Virus record (IMG/VR): IMGVR_UViG_3300020042_007185
Coordinates: 1-25,904 of that record
Origin: a virus
Taxonomy: Duplodnaviria; Caudoviricetes
Reading direction: 5' to 3' (one strand)
DNA: 25,904 nt
Below the pieces are notes generated by a model that made no database searches, was not told where the DNA came from, and saw only the letters and a program-made list of their open reading frames with translations. How positions within the stretch are numbered: the stretch's first letter is position 1; each line of letters begins with the position of its first letter. Positions 7,074-15,079 of this stretch are shown here, one piece after another. The position numbers were made by a program, and so were the translations under genes.

Positions 7074-7295
7074 GTGTTGTTTTGTCATTGAAAAGTCGCG
7101 CACATTTTTGTGTGGCTTATGCTGCGTATACATACATACATATGTTGTTCAACTGCGTTGTATTATTGAAAAGCGTGAAAAGCATTGAGTTGGCCGGTTT
7201 ACCCTGTCTGGTTAGTTTGCCCGTTCAAGTCGGGTTGCCTTCTCCTTCGGAAGGCAAACCCGCCTCCAGATACTAATAGTTAGGTAATCATCATA

Positions 7296-7817
7296 ATGTC
7301 AAATGCAAAAAAGAATGTAGCACTATCGTTCGACTTCAACGCTGTTGAAGGCACAAGCAGTTACACGCTCGTCCCTGCAGGCCGTTACAACGGCACTATC
7401 GAGCAGACCAAGTTTGTTACTCTTAGGAGTGGTGAACAGCGTTTGTGGATTGGTGTACGCATTGCAGGTCCAAAGCAGGCTGGTCGTTTCATCACCACAC
7501 TGTGCACCCTTGACGCAAGCGCCAAGTCAGCGTACAAGACCAAAGCATTGGTGGAAGCATCAGAAACCCACTTGGGTGGTATGTACCTTCCAGCAGAGCC
7601 TAACGCCTTTGTTGGTGCAGTTGTTGGCATCGATGTGGTTATTTGGAAGCCTGAGAACGGCAACACTGTAAACGACATCAGGAGCTTCGCTCCTGTGTTG
7701 GATAAAGTGCCAACCACAGCAGAAGTTGAAGAACTTATTGCAGATGTAGTGTCACACTTCGATGTGGCACAAGCAGAAGTTATGGCAGCCAAGGCTAAGC
7801 GTAACACCGACTTCTAA
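7296..7817 (+). CDS. DUF669-like OB-fold single-stranded DNA-binding protein
   Basis: FDF..V....Y.LVPAGRY...I, G...L.I...I.G...AGR.I, FVG..V.I.V and N.I..F pattern. Confidence 0.7.
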   Translation: MSNAKKNVALSFDFNAVEGTSSYTLVPAGRYNGTIEQTKFVTLRSGEQRLWIGVRIAGPKQAGRFITTLCTLDASAKSAYKTKALVEASETHLGGMYLPAEPNAFVGAVVGIDVVIWKPENGNTVNDIRSFAPVLDKVPTTAEVEELIADVVSHFDVAQAEVMAAKAKRNTDF

Positions 7818-7823
7818 CCAACA

Positions 7824-7859
7824 GCGTACCCCCTATCCCTTGCGGATAGGGGGATACGC
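7824..7859 (+). terminator. Strong hairpin after the SSB gene (no U-tract)
   Basis: GCGTA-CCCCCTATCC-CTTGC-GGATAGGGGG-A-TACGC. Confidence 0.55.
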
Positions 7860-7882
7860 CCCCTAACCAGAAAGGTTACACA

Positions 7883-8014
7883 ATGTGTAAACTAAACGGC
7901 ACCAAATGCGAACCATGCCAGCACCCATTCGTAGACTCATCCGTAGAAGTATTCGTAAACGGAAAGCACGAACCAGTAACGCAGTGCCTAGCCTGCTTGG
8001 AGTTGGTAGCATGA
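7883..8014 (+). CDS. 43-aa Cys-rich zinc-ribbon-like protein (MCKLNGTKCEPCQHPF...QCLACLELVA)
   Basis: Translated by hand; GAAAGG RBS; CxxCxH and CxxC; ATGA overlap with the next gene. Confidence 0.6.
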   Translation: MCKLNGTKCEPCQHPFVDSSVEVFVNGKHEPVTQCLACLELVA

Positions 8015-8223
8015 TGGCAATCAACTCATGGGCAATCACCTTATGCCTATACCTCATGGCAGGCATACTCCAAACCAGCCTCACAGAAGTTTCAGAGCAA
8101 GGCAACATCCACCTAGCCGAAAAACTCCTAAACCCAATGTGGCTGCTCACATGGACAGCAATCATCATGTCTGTCGTATCAATCCTAATCACCCTAAGAT
8201 GGTTTAGGAACGCCACACAGTAG
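8011..8223 (+). CDS. Small two-TM membrane protein (70 aa)
   Basis: Two hydrophobic segments; start moved from 7906 to the ATGA overlap at 8011. Confidence 0.65.
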   Translation: MMAINSWAITLCLYLMAGILQTSLTEVSEQGNIHLAEKLLNPMWLLTWTAIIMSVVSILITLRWFRNATQ

Positions 8224-8248
8224 GTTTCTAACACACCCCCTAGTGTTA

Positions 8249-8319
8249 GAAAAGAAAAGCCGGTAATCAAGTTTCTGACCCCTCCCCCCCGTCAGACTTG
8301 GTTACCGGTTTTTTCTTTT
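8249..8319. terminator. Long bidirectional terminator-like hairpin with a poly-C loop
   Basis: AAAAGAAAAGCCGGTAATCAAG.TCTGAC-CCCTCCCCCCC-GTCAGA.CTTGGTTACCGGTTTTTTCTTTT; a second hairpin TTTCTAACAC/GTGTTAGAAA lies at 8225-8252. Confidence 0.65.
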
Positions 8320-8487
8320 AGCCGCCGGTCGGTGTCCGCTCCCGCCGCAAGCGACGCTCGCATCCCCCGCTCTACCAGTATAGTAAAGACTTCAATTTAT
8401 TCCCCAAAAACATATACAGGGTAGTGTTCTCCCCCCACATGCGTATCGGAAGCACTTTTGCCGTTTTTTGTGTGTTAGGATGTGTGT

Positions 8488-8697
8488 ATGGATATTTTTA
8501 TTGATGCTTCGTGGTCGGATGAGCCGATCTCTCTTCACTTGTCTTCTTTTGATGAGGATGAGGGGTCGATTGTTTATGTGGCGACTTTTAATGATGAGCA
8601 TGTGGTTTATTTTGAGGCGACTGAGGATGTTCCGTTTTGGTCTTTGGTGCAGGTTGCGGTTCAGTGTTTGAATGAGGAGTTGGAATGGTTGGGTTGA
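8488..8697 (+). CDS. Small acidic hypothetical protein, probably leaderless
   Basis: TGtTAGGAT extended -10 ends 6 nt before ATG 8488. Confidence 0.65.
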   Translation: MDIFIDASWSDEPISLHLSSFDEDEGSIVYVATFNDEHVVYFEATEDVPFWSLVQVAVQCLNEELEWLG

Positions 8698-8843
8698 GTC
8701 AGTCTCAGCAGATGTTGCTTACTTTGAATCAGGTTAAGAAGTCGGCTGAGATTTATCCTTCGTCTGTTTCTAGGGCAGAAAAAATTTCGCGTCGTAAAAA
8801 ATCTAAAAACCAGAAGAGGTCTAGGAGGTTGAATCGTGTCTAG
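8694..8843 (+). CDS. 49-aa basic protein (…ISRRKKSKNQKRSRRLNRV)
   Basis: Translated by hand; TTGA overlap with the upstream stop; K/R-rich tail. Confidence 0.55.
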   Translation: MSQSQQMLLTLNQVKKSAEIYPSSVSRAEKISRRKKSKNQKRSRRLNRV

Positions 8844-8994
8844 AGGTATTGCTGATGAGGCTGAGGATGTTGAGGAGAGTCCTGAGGCTGATATTGATTT
8901 GAATGAGTTGGCTGAGATGGTGTTTATTGTTTTTAATGAGGTTAAGTTGATTCACGAGAAGTTGGATAAGTTGTTGGAGGCTAGGGATGGCTAG
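8836..8994 (+). CDS. 52-aa acidic coiled-coil protein
   Basis: Translated by hand; AGGAGG RBS plus GTG; overlaps the TerS start. Confidence 0.65.
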   Translation: MSRGIADEAEDVEESPEADIDLNELAEMVFIVFNEVKLIHEKLDKLLEARDG

Positions 8995-9490
8995 GGGTGA
9001 GATTAGTCTTTTGGATGAGACGCTTCTTCGCGCTGCGGCTTCTGGTAAGTCTGGTGAGGAGATTGAGCGTTTGACGGGTATTCCTGCGGCTCAGGCTGTT
9101 GTGCATGTGAAGAATATTTTGTCGCGCCGTGATGTGTGGTCTGAGGTTGAGCAACGGCAGTTGTTGGTGCATGAGTTGAATGAGTTGAAGAATTCTTTGC
9201 AACAGAATGCGATTGAGTTTAAGGATCCGACTTCTGCGCGTTTGTTGTTGCAGACTTTGTCTGAGTTGGGTCGGCGGTTGGATTCGCAGAAGGCACAGTT
9301 GGATGAGCAAGTGTTGAGGTTGTCTGAGTTTCAGCAGAGTATTCTTTTGAGGGCGATGGATTCGGCTTTGGGGTTTGCGAAGAAGCAGTTGAAGGAGCAG
9401 TATCCGGATGTGGATGCGAATAAGTTGGATGCGCTTGTTGGTGAGGGGCTTTTGTTGGCGAAGCATGAGTTGATGGCTGAAGATGATTGA
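8987..9490 (+). CDS. terS: Terminase small subunit
   Basis: N-terminal HTH (GKSGEEIERLTGIP) followed by helical coiled coil; directly upstream of and overlapping TerL. Confidence 0.7.
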   Translation: MARGEISLLDETLLRAAASGKSGEEIERLTGIPAAQAVVHVKNILSRRDVWSEVEQRQLLVHELNELKNSLQQNAIEFKDPTSARLLLQTLSELGRRLDSQKAQLDEQVLRLSEFQQSILLRAMDSALGFAKKQLKEQYPDVDANKLDALVGEGLLLAKHELMAEDD

Positions 9491-10994
9491 TGGTGTGATT
9501 GATGGGGTGGTTGCTGATATTCAGCGCCGTTCTAAGAACTCTTTGTATTTGACTGATCCTGTGGCTTGGTGTTATGACGTGTTGGGTAAGCATGTGTGGT
9601 CTAAGCAGGCTGATATTATGCGTTCTCTTGTTGACAATACGCACACTGCTGTTGTGTCTTGTAATGGTGCTGGTAAGTCTGCGATTGCGGGTATGGCTGG
9701 TGCTTGGTGGGTTTCGGTGCATGATCCGTATGAGGTGGCGTTGATTGCTTCGGCTCCTACCTATCCGCAGATTGCGCGTGTTTTGTTTCGTGAGTTGAAG
9801 GATAATCATAAGGCTGCGGCGATTCGTGGCTTTGCTTTGCCTGGGCACATTAACCAGTCTGAGGAATGGAAGTTGGATGATGAGTATGGCACTCTTATTG
9901 GGTTTGGTCGTAGGCCTGCTGACACTGATATTGTTTCTGCCTTCCAGGGTATTCACCGTAGATACGTTATGGTGGTTCTTGATGAAGCTGGAGGTATCCC
10001 TGCTGATCTGTATACTGCTGCCGAAGCTGTTACTACTACTGCTGACTCCCGCGTTTTAGCGATTGGTAACCCTGACCGTAGGGCGACTGAGTTTCACAGA
10101 ATTTTCCGTGAGGATGAGACTTGGAATAAAATTAAAATTTCTGCGTTTGATACGCCTAACTTTACTGGTGAGAAAGTTCCTGAAGAGTTGACCCCGTTGT
10201 TGATTCAGCCGGCTTGGGTTGCTCGTCAAAAAATTGCGTGGGGTGAAGATTCGGCTCGTTACCGTTCAAAAATTTTGGCTGAGTTCCCTGAAGAGGATGA
10301 CACAACGTTCTTTAGTCAGCAAGCTATTGATAAGGCTGTTGATTTGGAGATTGTTGAGGATATGAACATTCCGGTTGTGTTGGGTGTGGACTTGGCGCGT
10401 TTCGGTGATGATGATTCGGTCATTTACACTAACAGAGGGGGCTTGTTACGTCATTATGCTACATGGAACAAAGCTAACGCTGTGGAGTCTGCTAACCGCG
10501 TCCATGAGGCTGCTGTAGCTTTGGGAGCCACTGAGGTTCGTGTGGACGCTACAGGTTTGGGTGCACCAGTGGTGGACATGTTAGCAACTATGTGCGAAGG
10601 TAAATATATTGTTATTAGCGTTATTGGTTCGGCTGCGTCACCAGATAACACTCGTTGGTTGAATGCTCGTGCTGCAGGGTTTGATTCTTTGCGTGAGGGT
10701 ATGATTATGGGTAAAATTGATTTAGATTTGGATGACAAAGAGTTGTTGGACGAAATGATGGGCATTAAATACAAGTTTAGTGCTAAGGGTTCGATTCAGA
10801 TCGAATCTAAAGATGATATGCGTTCTAGGGGTATGAAGTCTCCTGACCGTTTGGACTCGGCAGTGTATGCTTCTTTGGATATGTCGCGTTTGTTGGGTTC
10901 TCCTTTTGCTAATTCTAAGGCTGGGGATCGCATTATGTTGGATGCTAGCATGATGGATGAGCGTTTTCCGTTCTATTCTTCGTGGACGTGGTAG
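9483..10994 (+). CDS. terL: Terminase large subunit
   Basis: Walker A SCNGAGKS, Walker B VVLDEA, AIGNP, RNase-H-like LGVDLARFGDD and SPDRLD. Confidence 0.95.
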   Translation: MIDGVIDGVVADIQRRSKNSLYLTDPVAWCYDVLGKHVWSKQADIMRSLVDNTHTAVVSCNGAGKSAIAGMAGAWWVSVHDPYEVALIASAPTYPQIARVLFRELKDNHKAAAIRGFALPGHINQSEEWKLDDEYGTLIGFGRRPADTDIVSAFQGIHRRYVMVVLDEAGGIPADLYTAAEAVTTTADSRVLAIGNPDRRATEFHRIFREDETWNKIKISAFDTPNFTGEKVPEELTPLLIQPAWVARQKIAWGEDSARYRSKILAEFPEEDDTTFFSQQAIDKAVDLEIVEDMNIPVVLGVDLARFGDDDSVIYTNRGGLLRHYATWNKANAVESANRVHEAAVALGATEVRVDATGLGAPVVDMLATMCEGKYIVISVIGSAASPDNTRWLNARAAGFDSLREGMIMGKIDLDLDDKELLDEMMGIKYKFSAKGSIQIESKDDMRSRGMKSPDRLDSAVYASLDMSRLLGSPFANSKAGDRIMLDASMMDERFPFYSSWTW

Positions 10995-11030
10995 AATGAT
11001 TATAGATATTTTAACTTTTTGGAGCTTATT

Positions 11031-12437
11031 TTGACAAATTATGACCTTTTTGACGAGTCTTACGACAACATGGCGAGGGCTTTGTTGGCTCTTGACGACA
11101 AGGGTTGGAGCCCTCTTGGCGAGTTGTCGACCGAATTGGATGCTTTTAGCCTTACAACCTTAAAAGATCTTGCTAAAGAGTTGGCTGAGCGTGTGGACGG
11201 TAATCCGCTATTAAAGCGCGGTTTGGGCCTTCGCACAAGCTATGTTTTTGGTAAAGGGGTCGAATTTGATAATGTTTCGGCTCGTATTAAGGAACTTATT
11301 GAGTCCCCTAAAAATCAGGCTGTTTTGTTCAGTTCTCAGGCTATGGCGATTAATGAGCATTCACATTTTACTGCTGGACAGTTTTTTATTCTTGGCAACG
11401 TGGCTACAAAGAATCTTCAGCGTATTCCTTTTAATGAGATCAACGGCTGGGTTAGTGACCCTGACGATGCAGAGTTTGTGCGCTATTACAAGCGCACTTG
11501 GACTCGTCACCCTGAAAATGGTGGCACAGCAGTCCAGGTTTCGGCTTGGTACCCTTCTGACCTTTACAAGCCTGTTGGTAGCTTCCCAGCCTTCATTGAA
11601 GGTGTTGCGGTTGACTCTAGTAAGGTAATGTTTACTTCTGCGGTTAACAAACGGGCCGGAACTATTTGGGGTGTGCCTGACGCTATCTCCGCTTACCCTT
11701 GGGCACACGCTTACAACGAGTATCTAAAAGATGGTTCACGCATTCTGAAGTCTTTGGCTATGTTTGCTTGGCAGTTGAAAGCTAAGAGCCGTAACGGTGC
11801 AACACAAGCTGCCGCTTCGATTGCTACCCCACAAGCTGCAGGTTCAATGGCTATCATGGGTTCGGACATGGAGCTGAATTCTTTGCCACGCACAAACAGT
11901 GTTGATCTTAGTAGCGGTCGCGCTTTGGCTGCTATGGTGGCTTCTGCCCTTGAGGTTTCTGTTGTTACTCTAATGTCTGACCCTGGTTCGTCTGGTGCTT
12001 ATGGCACTGCACAAACTTTGGATGTTCCGACCATTAAGGCGATGCAAGCGCGTCAACAAATTTGGAACGAAATGTTTAGTCGTGTTTTGCGTTTCTTTGG
12101 TGCTAGCAACAAAGCTGGTGTGAAGTGGCCGAAGATGGAACAGGAAGCAACTTACCGTCAAATCCAGGCGATCTCTCTTGCTTACGAAGCTGGTGCTTTG
12201 TGGGAAGACGAATACCGCGAAGCCGTTTTGGATGAGTTGGATGTTGTGCCAATGCACAAGTCGATCTCTCCGATGGCTCAAGCAAAGCTTGATGGCTTTG
12301 ATGGGGCAAGTTCACCAAATGATAACAACTCTACTTCTGCACCGGCTTCATCTGGTCAGGGTCAGTCTGGTGCTGTGGGAAGAATGTCCAATAGTGACAA
12401 CACTCTCCGCGACATGGACAGCCAGCCAACAGCGTAA
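11031..12437 (+). CDS. Portal protein
   Basis: About 470 aa after TerL; NPLLKRGLGLRTSYVFG and WGVPD motifs; TTG 11031 follows GGAG (alternative start 11019). Confidence 0.85.
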   Translation: MTNYDLFDESYDNMARALLALDDKGWSPLGELSTELDAFSLTTLKDLAKELAERVDGNPLLKRGLGLRTSYVFGKGVEFDNVSARIKELIESPKNQAVLFSSQAMAINEHSHFTAGQFFILGNVATKNLQRIPFNEINGWVSDPDDAEFVRYYKRTWTRHPENGGTAVQVSAWYPSDLYKPVGSFPAFIEGVAVDSSKVMFTSAVNKRAGTIWGVPDAISAYPWAHAYNEYLKDGSRILKSLAMFAWQLKAKSRNGATQAAASIATPQAAGSMAIMGSDMELNSLPRTNSVDLSSGRALAAMVASALEVSVVTLMSDPGSSGAYGTAQTLDVPTIKAMQARQQIWNEMFSRVLRFFGASNKAGVKWPKMEQEATYRQIQAISLAYEAGALWEDEYREAVLDELDVVPMHKSISPMAQAKLDGFDGASSPNDNNSTSAPASSGQGQSGAVGRMSNSDNTLRDMDSQPTA

Positions 12438-12494
12438 ATAAAAAGAGTATGGTATCATTACATATAGTAAATCATTTTATGTATTGGAGTTTTT

Positions 12495-13451
12495 ATGACC
12501 ATTAAGCTTAGTGAATCACTCGGCTTCGAGGCCAGTGAAACCAAGAAGAAATGGCACGTCAAAATTATTGAGGCGGGCTGGGGTTCTTCAGGTTACTACC
12601 CTGCTTCGGTTCTCCAAGCTGACGGTCCTATCGTTTTTAAAGCTGGCACAAAAGTTTTCATGAACCACCCTGGGTTGAATGATCGCCCTGAGCGTGATGT
12701 GCAAAAGCTTGCTGGTAAACTTGTTAGCAATGCAGTGTTTAAAGAGAATGCTCTTTTTGCTGATGTAGAATTTTACTCTAGTTATGCTCCGGTTATTCGG
12801 GAGATGGCTGGAGATGTAGGTTTGTCTATCCACGCGTTTGGCGATGCTAAACATGGTGAGGCAGAGGGCCGCGAGGGTCCTATCATCGAATCACTAATCG
12901 AAGATCCTTTGACTAGTGTCGATGTTGTAACAGTGGCTGGAGCGGGCGGTAAGTTTCTTACCCTCCTTGAAAGTTACACAAGAGAATCGTTAACAGAAGT
13001 TACCGAATCACTAACGGAAGGAAATAGTATGTCAATTACTAAGGAAGAATTTGATGCAGCAATTGCTGACCTCAAAAATGCCTTCGTTGAGGCACTGTCG
13101 CCAGTTGTAGAGTCTGTCTCTGTGCTGGTAGAATCCGCTAAGCCTGTTGAGCTTGAAGGACACGAAGCCGATGCGCTTCCGACCCTTGACGCTGTAGACA
13201 TTGCGGAGAAGTTCAACGAGTCAGGTCTACCTAAGATCGCCCTTCAGCGTGTTGCTGAGGCTCTTAAGGCAGATGCAAACGTCAAGTCTCTTGACGAGCT
13301 AATCGTAGATGAGAAGGCTTACGCTGCATCTCTTCGTGAGGCAATCGCCCCTGTAACAGAACAGCCTGGAGTAGTCCACGAGTCTGTTGCTAAGACAACC
13401 AATCTGCTAGACGAGTTTTCTGCTATTGCAGCTCGCATTAGCGGCAAGTAA
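12495..13451 (+). CDS. Capsid maturation protease / scaffold fusion
   Basis: IIEAGWGSSGYY, FMNHP, GLSI and SVDVVTVAGAGG protease motifs; helical C-terminal half. Confidence 0.85.
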   Translation: MTIKLSESLGFEASETKKKWHVKIIEAGWGSSGYYPASVLQADGPIVFKAGTKVFMNHPGLNDRPERDVQKLAGKLVSNAVFKENALFADVEFYSSYAPVIREMAGDVGLSIHAFGDAKHGEAEGREGPIIESLIEDPLTSVDVVTVAGAGGKFLTLLESYTRESLTEVTESLTEGNSMSITKEEFDAAIADLKNAFVEALSPVVESVSVLVESAKPVELEGHEADALPTLDAVDIAEKFNESGLPKIALQRVAEALKADANVKSLDELIVDEKAYAASLREAIAPVTEQPGVVHESVAKTTNLLDEFSAIAARISGK

Positions 13452-13467
13452 GAAAGTAAGGTAAATC

Positions 13468-13818
13468 ATGGCTCTTAATGAGATTTATAGCGATGCTAAC
13501 TCACTGGTCTTTCCTGTAGCAAGCACTGTAGTTTCAGGTGCACTTGTTCAGGTTGGTCAAGTTGTTGGTGTTGCAGAAAACAAAGCGGTTTTAGGCGAAG
13601 ATGGCAACTACTACGCCACTCTAAAGCTTAACGGCGTTTTTGAACTGTCAACTCTAGTTGCAGTAACTGTTGGCGCATCTATGTACGTAACAAGTGCTGG
13701 TGTCGTTACGACCGTAGCATCTGGAAACAAATTTATTGGTCACGCAATCAAAGCTAAGGCTGGAACTACTGCTGGTCCTGTTTATGTTCGCTTGCATGCA
13801 TCAGCAACCGTAAGTTAA
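13468..13818 (+). CDS. DUF2190-family capsid decoration/cement protein
   Basis: VVSGALVQVGQVVGVA, GVFEL, IGHAI..KA, VYVRL; position before the capsid gene. Confidence 0.8.
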   Translation: MALNEIYSDANSLVFPVASTVVSGALVQVGQVVGVAENKAVLGEDGNYYATLKLNGVFELSTLVAVTVGASMYVTSAGVVTTVASGNKFIGHAIKAKAGTTAGPVYVRLHASATVS

Positions 13819-13831
13819 GGTAAGGTAAAAA

Positions 13832-14935
13832 ATGACTGAAAACATCACCGCACGTCAGGTAGAAGCTGCTAAGCTTCTCGAAGGTGCCCTTCGTGGGGAC
13901 CGCCAGGACAAGCTAAAGCTACAGGAAGGTATCTCCACTTCGGACCTACCAATTCAGCTAGCTCCAGTTATCAACAAGATTCTATTGCAGAACTACGAAG
14001 CTCAGCCTAAGGTCTGGGACCGTTTTGCAACTCGTCTAGTTGTTGATGACTTCCGCAAGCAACAGTACCTAAACCTCCGTTATGAAGACGAGGGTCTAGA
14101 CAACCAGGGAGACAAGTTCCGTGAAGGTTCACTCCCAACTGTTGGCGAATATGACGAGTACCCAACCGCTGGTTGGTTCTCGGTCACTGAGAGCGACTTC
14201 TCAGTGAAGAAGGCTGGTCAGAGAGTACGTTTCTCATGGGAAGCTGTTGTAAACGATGGAAACATCTCGCTACTTGAGCGTCTACCTATCGAGCTTGGCC
14301 TAAAGGCTGCCGGTAAGGAAGACGAAGAAGTTACCAAGCAGCTAGTTTCGAGCTCAGGCTTGAACACTGCCAACTTCAAGTCAGGCAACAACAACCTATT
14401 CTCTGGTAACGGTGCTCTTACTCTAGACAACCTAGAGAAGGCTATCGAAGCCGCCAACCTTCAGCAGTACAACGGCCGTCTAATTCAGCCAGTAAGCCGC
14501 TTCGCATTGGTAATCCCACGTGCGCTTGAGCTTACCGCTAAGAAGATTCTTGCTGTTCAGACTGTTGAAACCTCGAACACTGTTGGTTCAATCTTGACAA
14601 AGACCATCACTGGAAACCCAATCGGTTCTCAGGTTGAGATCGTTGTTAACGACTGGATCACCAAGATCAACTCATCCGCTGGCGCTTACTGGTTCCTAAT
14701 TCCAGTTCCATCAGCTTCGCTTAACCCTAGCGTTGTGCTTGGTTTCCTTCGTGGATTCGAGACACCTGAGCTTCGTGTTAAGGCTGCAGCTGGTCAAGCA
14801 CTTGGTGGTGGAGCCGTCCCTGAGGCTTATGGTTCATTCGATAACGATGACTGGCAGATGCGAATCCGCCACATTGCTACTGGTGGATTCTTCATCCCTG
14901 CAGGAACAATTGCTTCGACGGGTGCCGGTAGCTAA
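13832..14935 (+). CDS. Major capsid protein (HK97 fold, Mu gpT-like)
   Basis: STSDLP, DDFR, VGEYDEYP, KKAGQRVRFSWEAVVND, FLRGFETPE, FDNDD...RIRH. Confidence 0.9.
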   Translation: MTENITARQVEAAKLLEGALRGDRQDKLKLQEGISTSDLPIQLAPVINKILLQNYEAQPKVWDRFATRLVVDDFRKQQYLNLRYEDEGLDNQGDKFREGSLPTVGEYDEYPTAGWFSVTESDFSVKKAGQRVRFSWEAVVNDGNISLLERLPIELGLKAAGKEDEEVTKQLVSSSGLNTANFKSGNNNLFSGNGALTLDNLEKAIEAANLQQYNGRLIQPVSRFALVIPRALELTAKKILAVQTVETSNTVGSILTKTITGNPIGSQVEIVVNDWITKINSSAGAYWFLIPVPSASLNPSVVLGFLRGFETPELRVKAAAGQALGGGAVPEAYGSFDNDDWQMRIRHIATGGFFIPAGTIASTGAGS

Positions 14936-14950
14936 TACCGCACAAGGAAT

Positions 14951-14979
14951 GCCCCCACTTCGGTGGGGGTTTTCTTTTT
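14951..14979 (+). terminator. Intrinsic terminator after the capsid gene
   Basis: GCCCCCAC-TTCG-GTGGGGGT followed by TTTCTTTTT. Confidence 0.9.
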
Positions 14980-14996
14980 ACCTGCTATAATTAGAT

Positions 14997-15063
14997 TGTC
15001 GTTCACCTCCTTGACGACATGCCACCCTGTTGAGCTTTTTGCTCCAGGGTGGCGCTCTTTTTT
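14997..15063 (+). ncRNA. Putative ~65-nt small RNA with an anti-Shine-Dalgarno loop
   Basis: TGCTATAAT promoter (14983-14991), hairpin with loop CACCTCCTT, then terminator GCCACCCTG...CAGGGTGGC plus T-tract. Confidence 0.55.
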
Positions 15064-15079
15064 GTGATAGAATTGGAGG

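Noticed and set aside
7190-7260. tRNA or permuted tmRNA gene
   Set aside because: Only a T-arm and one stem are present. There is no D-arm, anticodon arm, CCA end or alanine-type acceptor. Kept only as a structured leader.
7906-8010. Arg-rich N-terminus of the 105-aa membrane ORF
   Set aside because: Better explained as the off-frame reading of the 7883-8014 Cys-rich gene; the ATGA overlap marks the start at 8011.
8011-8223. Holin call for the two-TM protein
   Set aside because: No endolysin is nearby and it lies in the accessory block; topology alone is not enough.
8981-9956. Long minus-strand ORFs 8981-9466 and 9219-9956
   Set aside because: Antisense shadows of terS and terL caused by the extreme G/T bias; low-complexity translations with no RBS.
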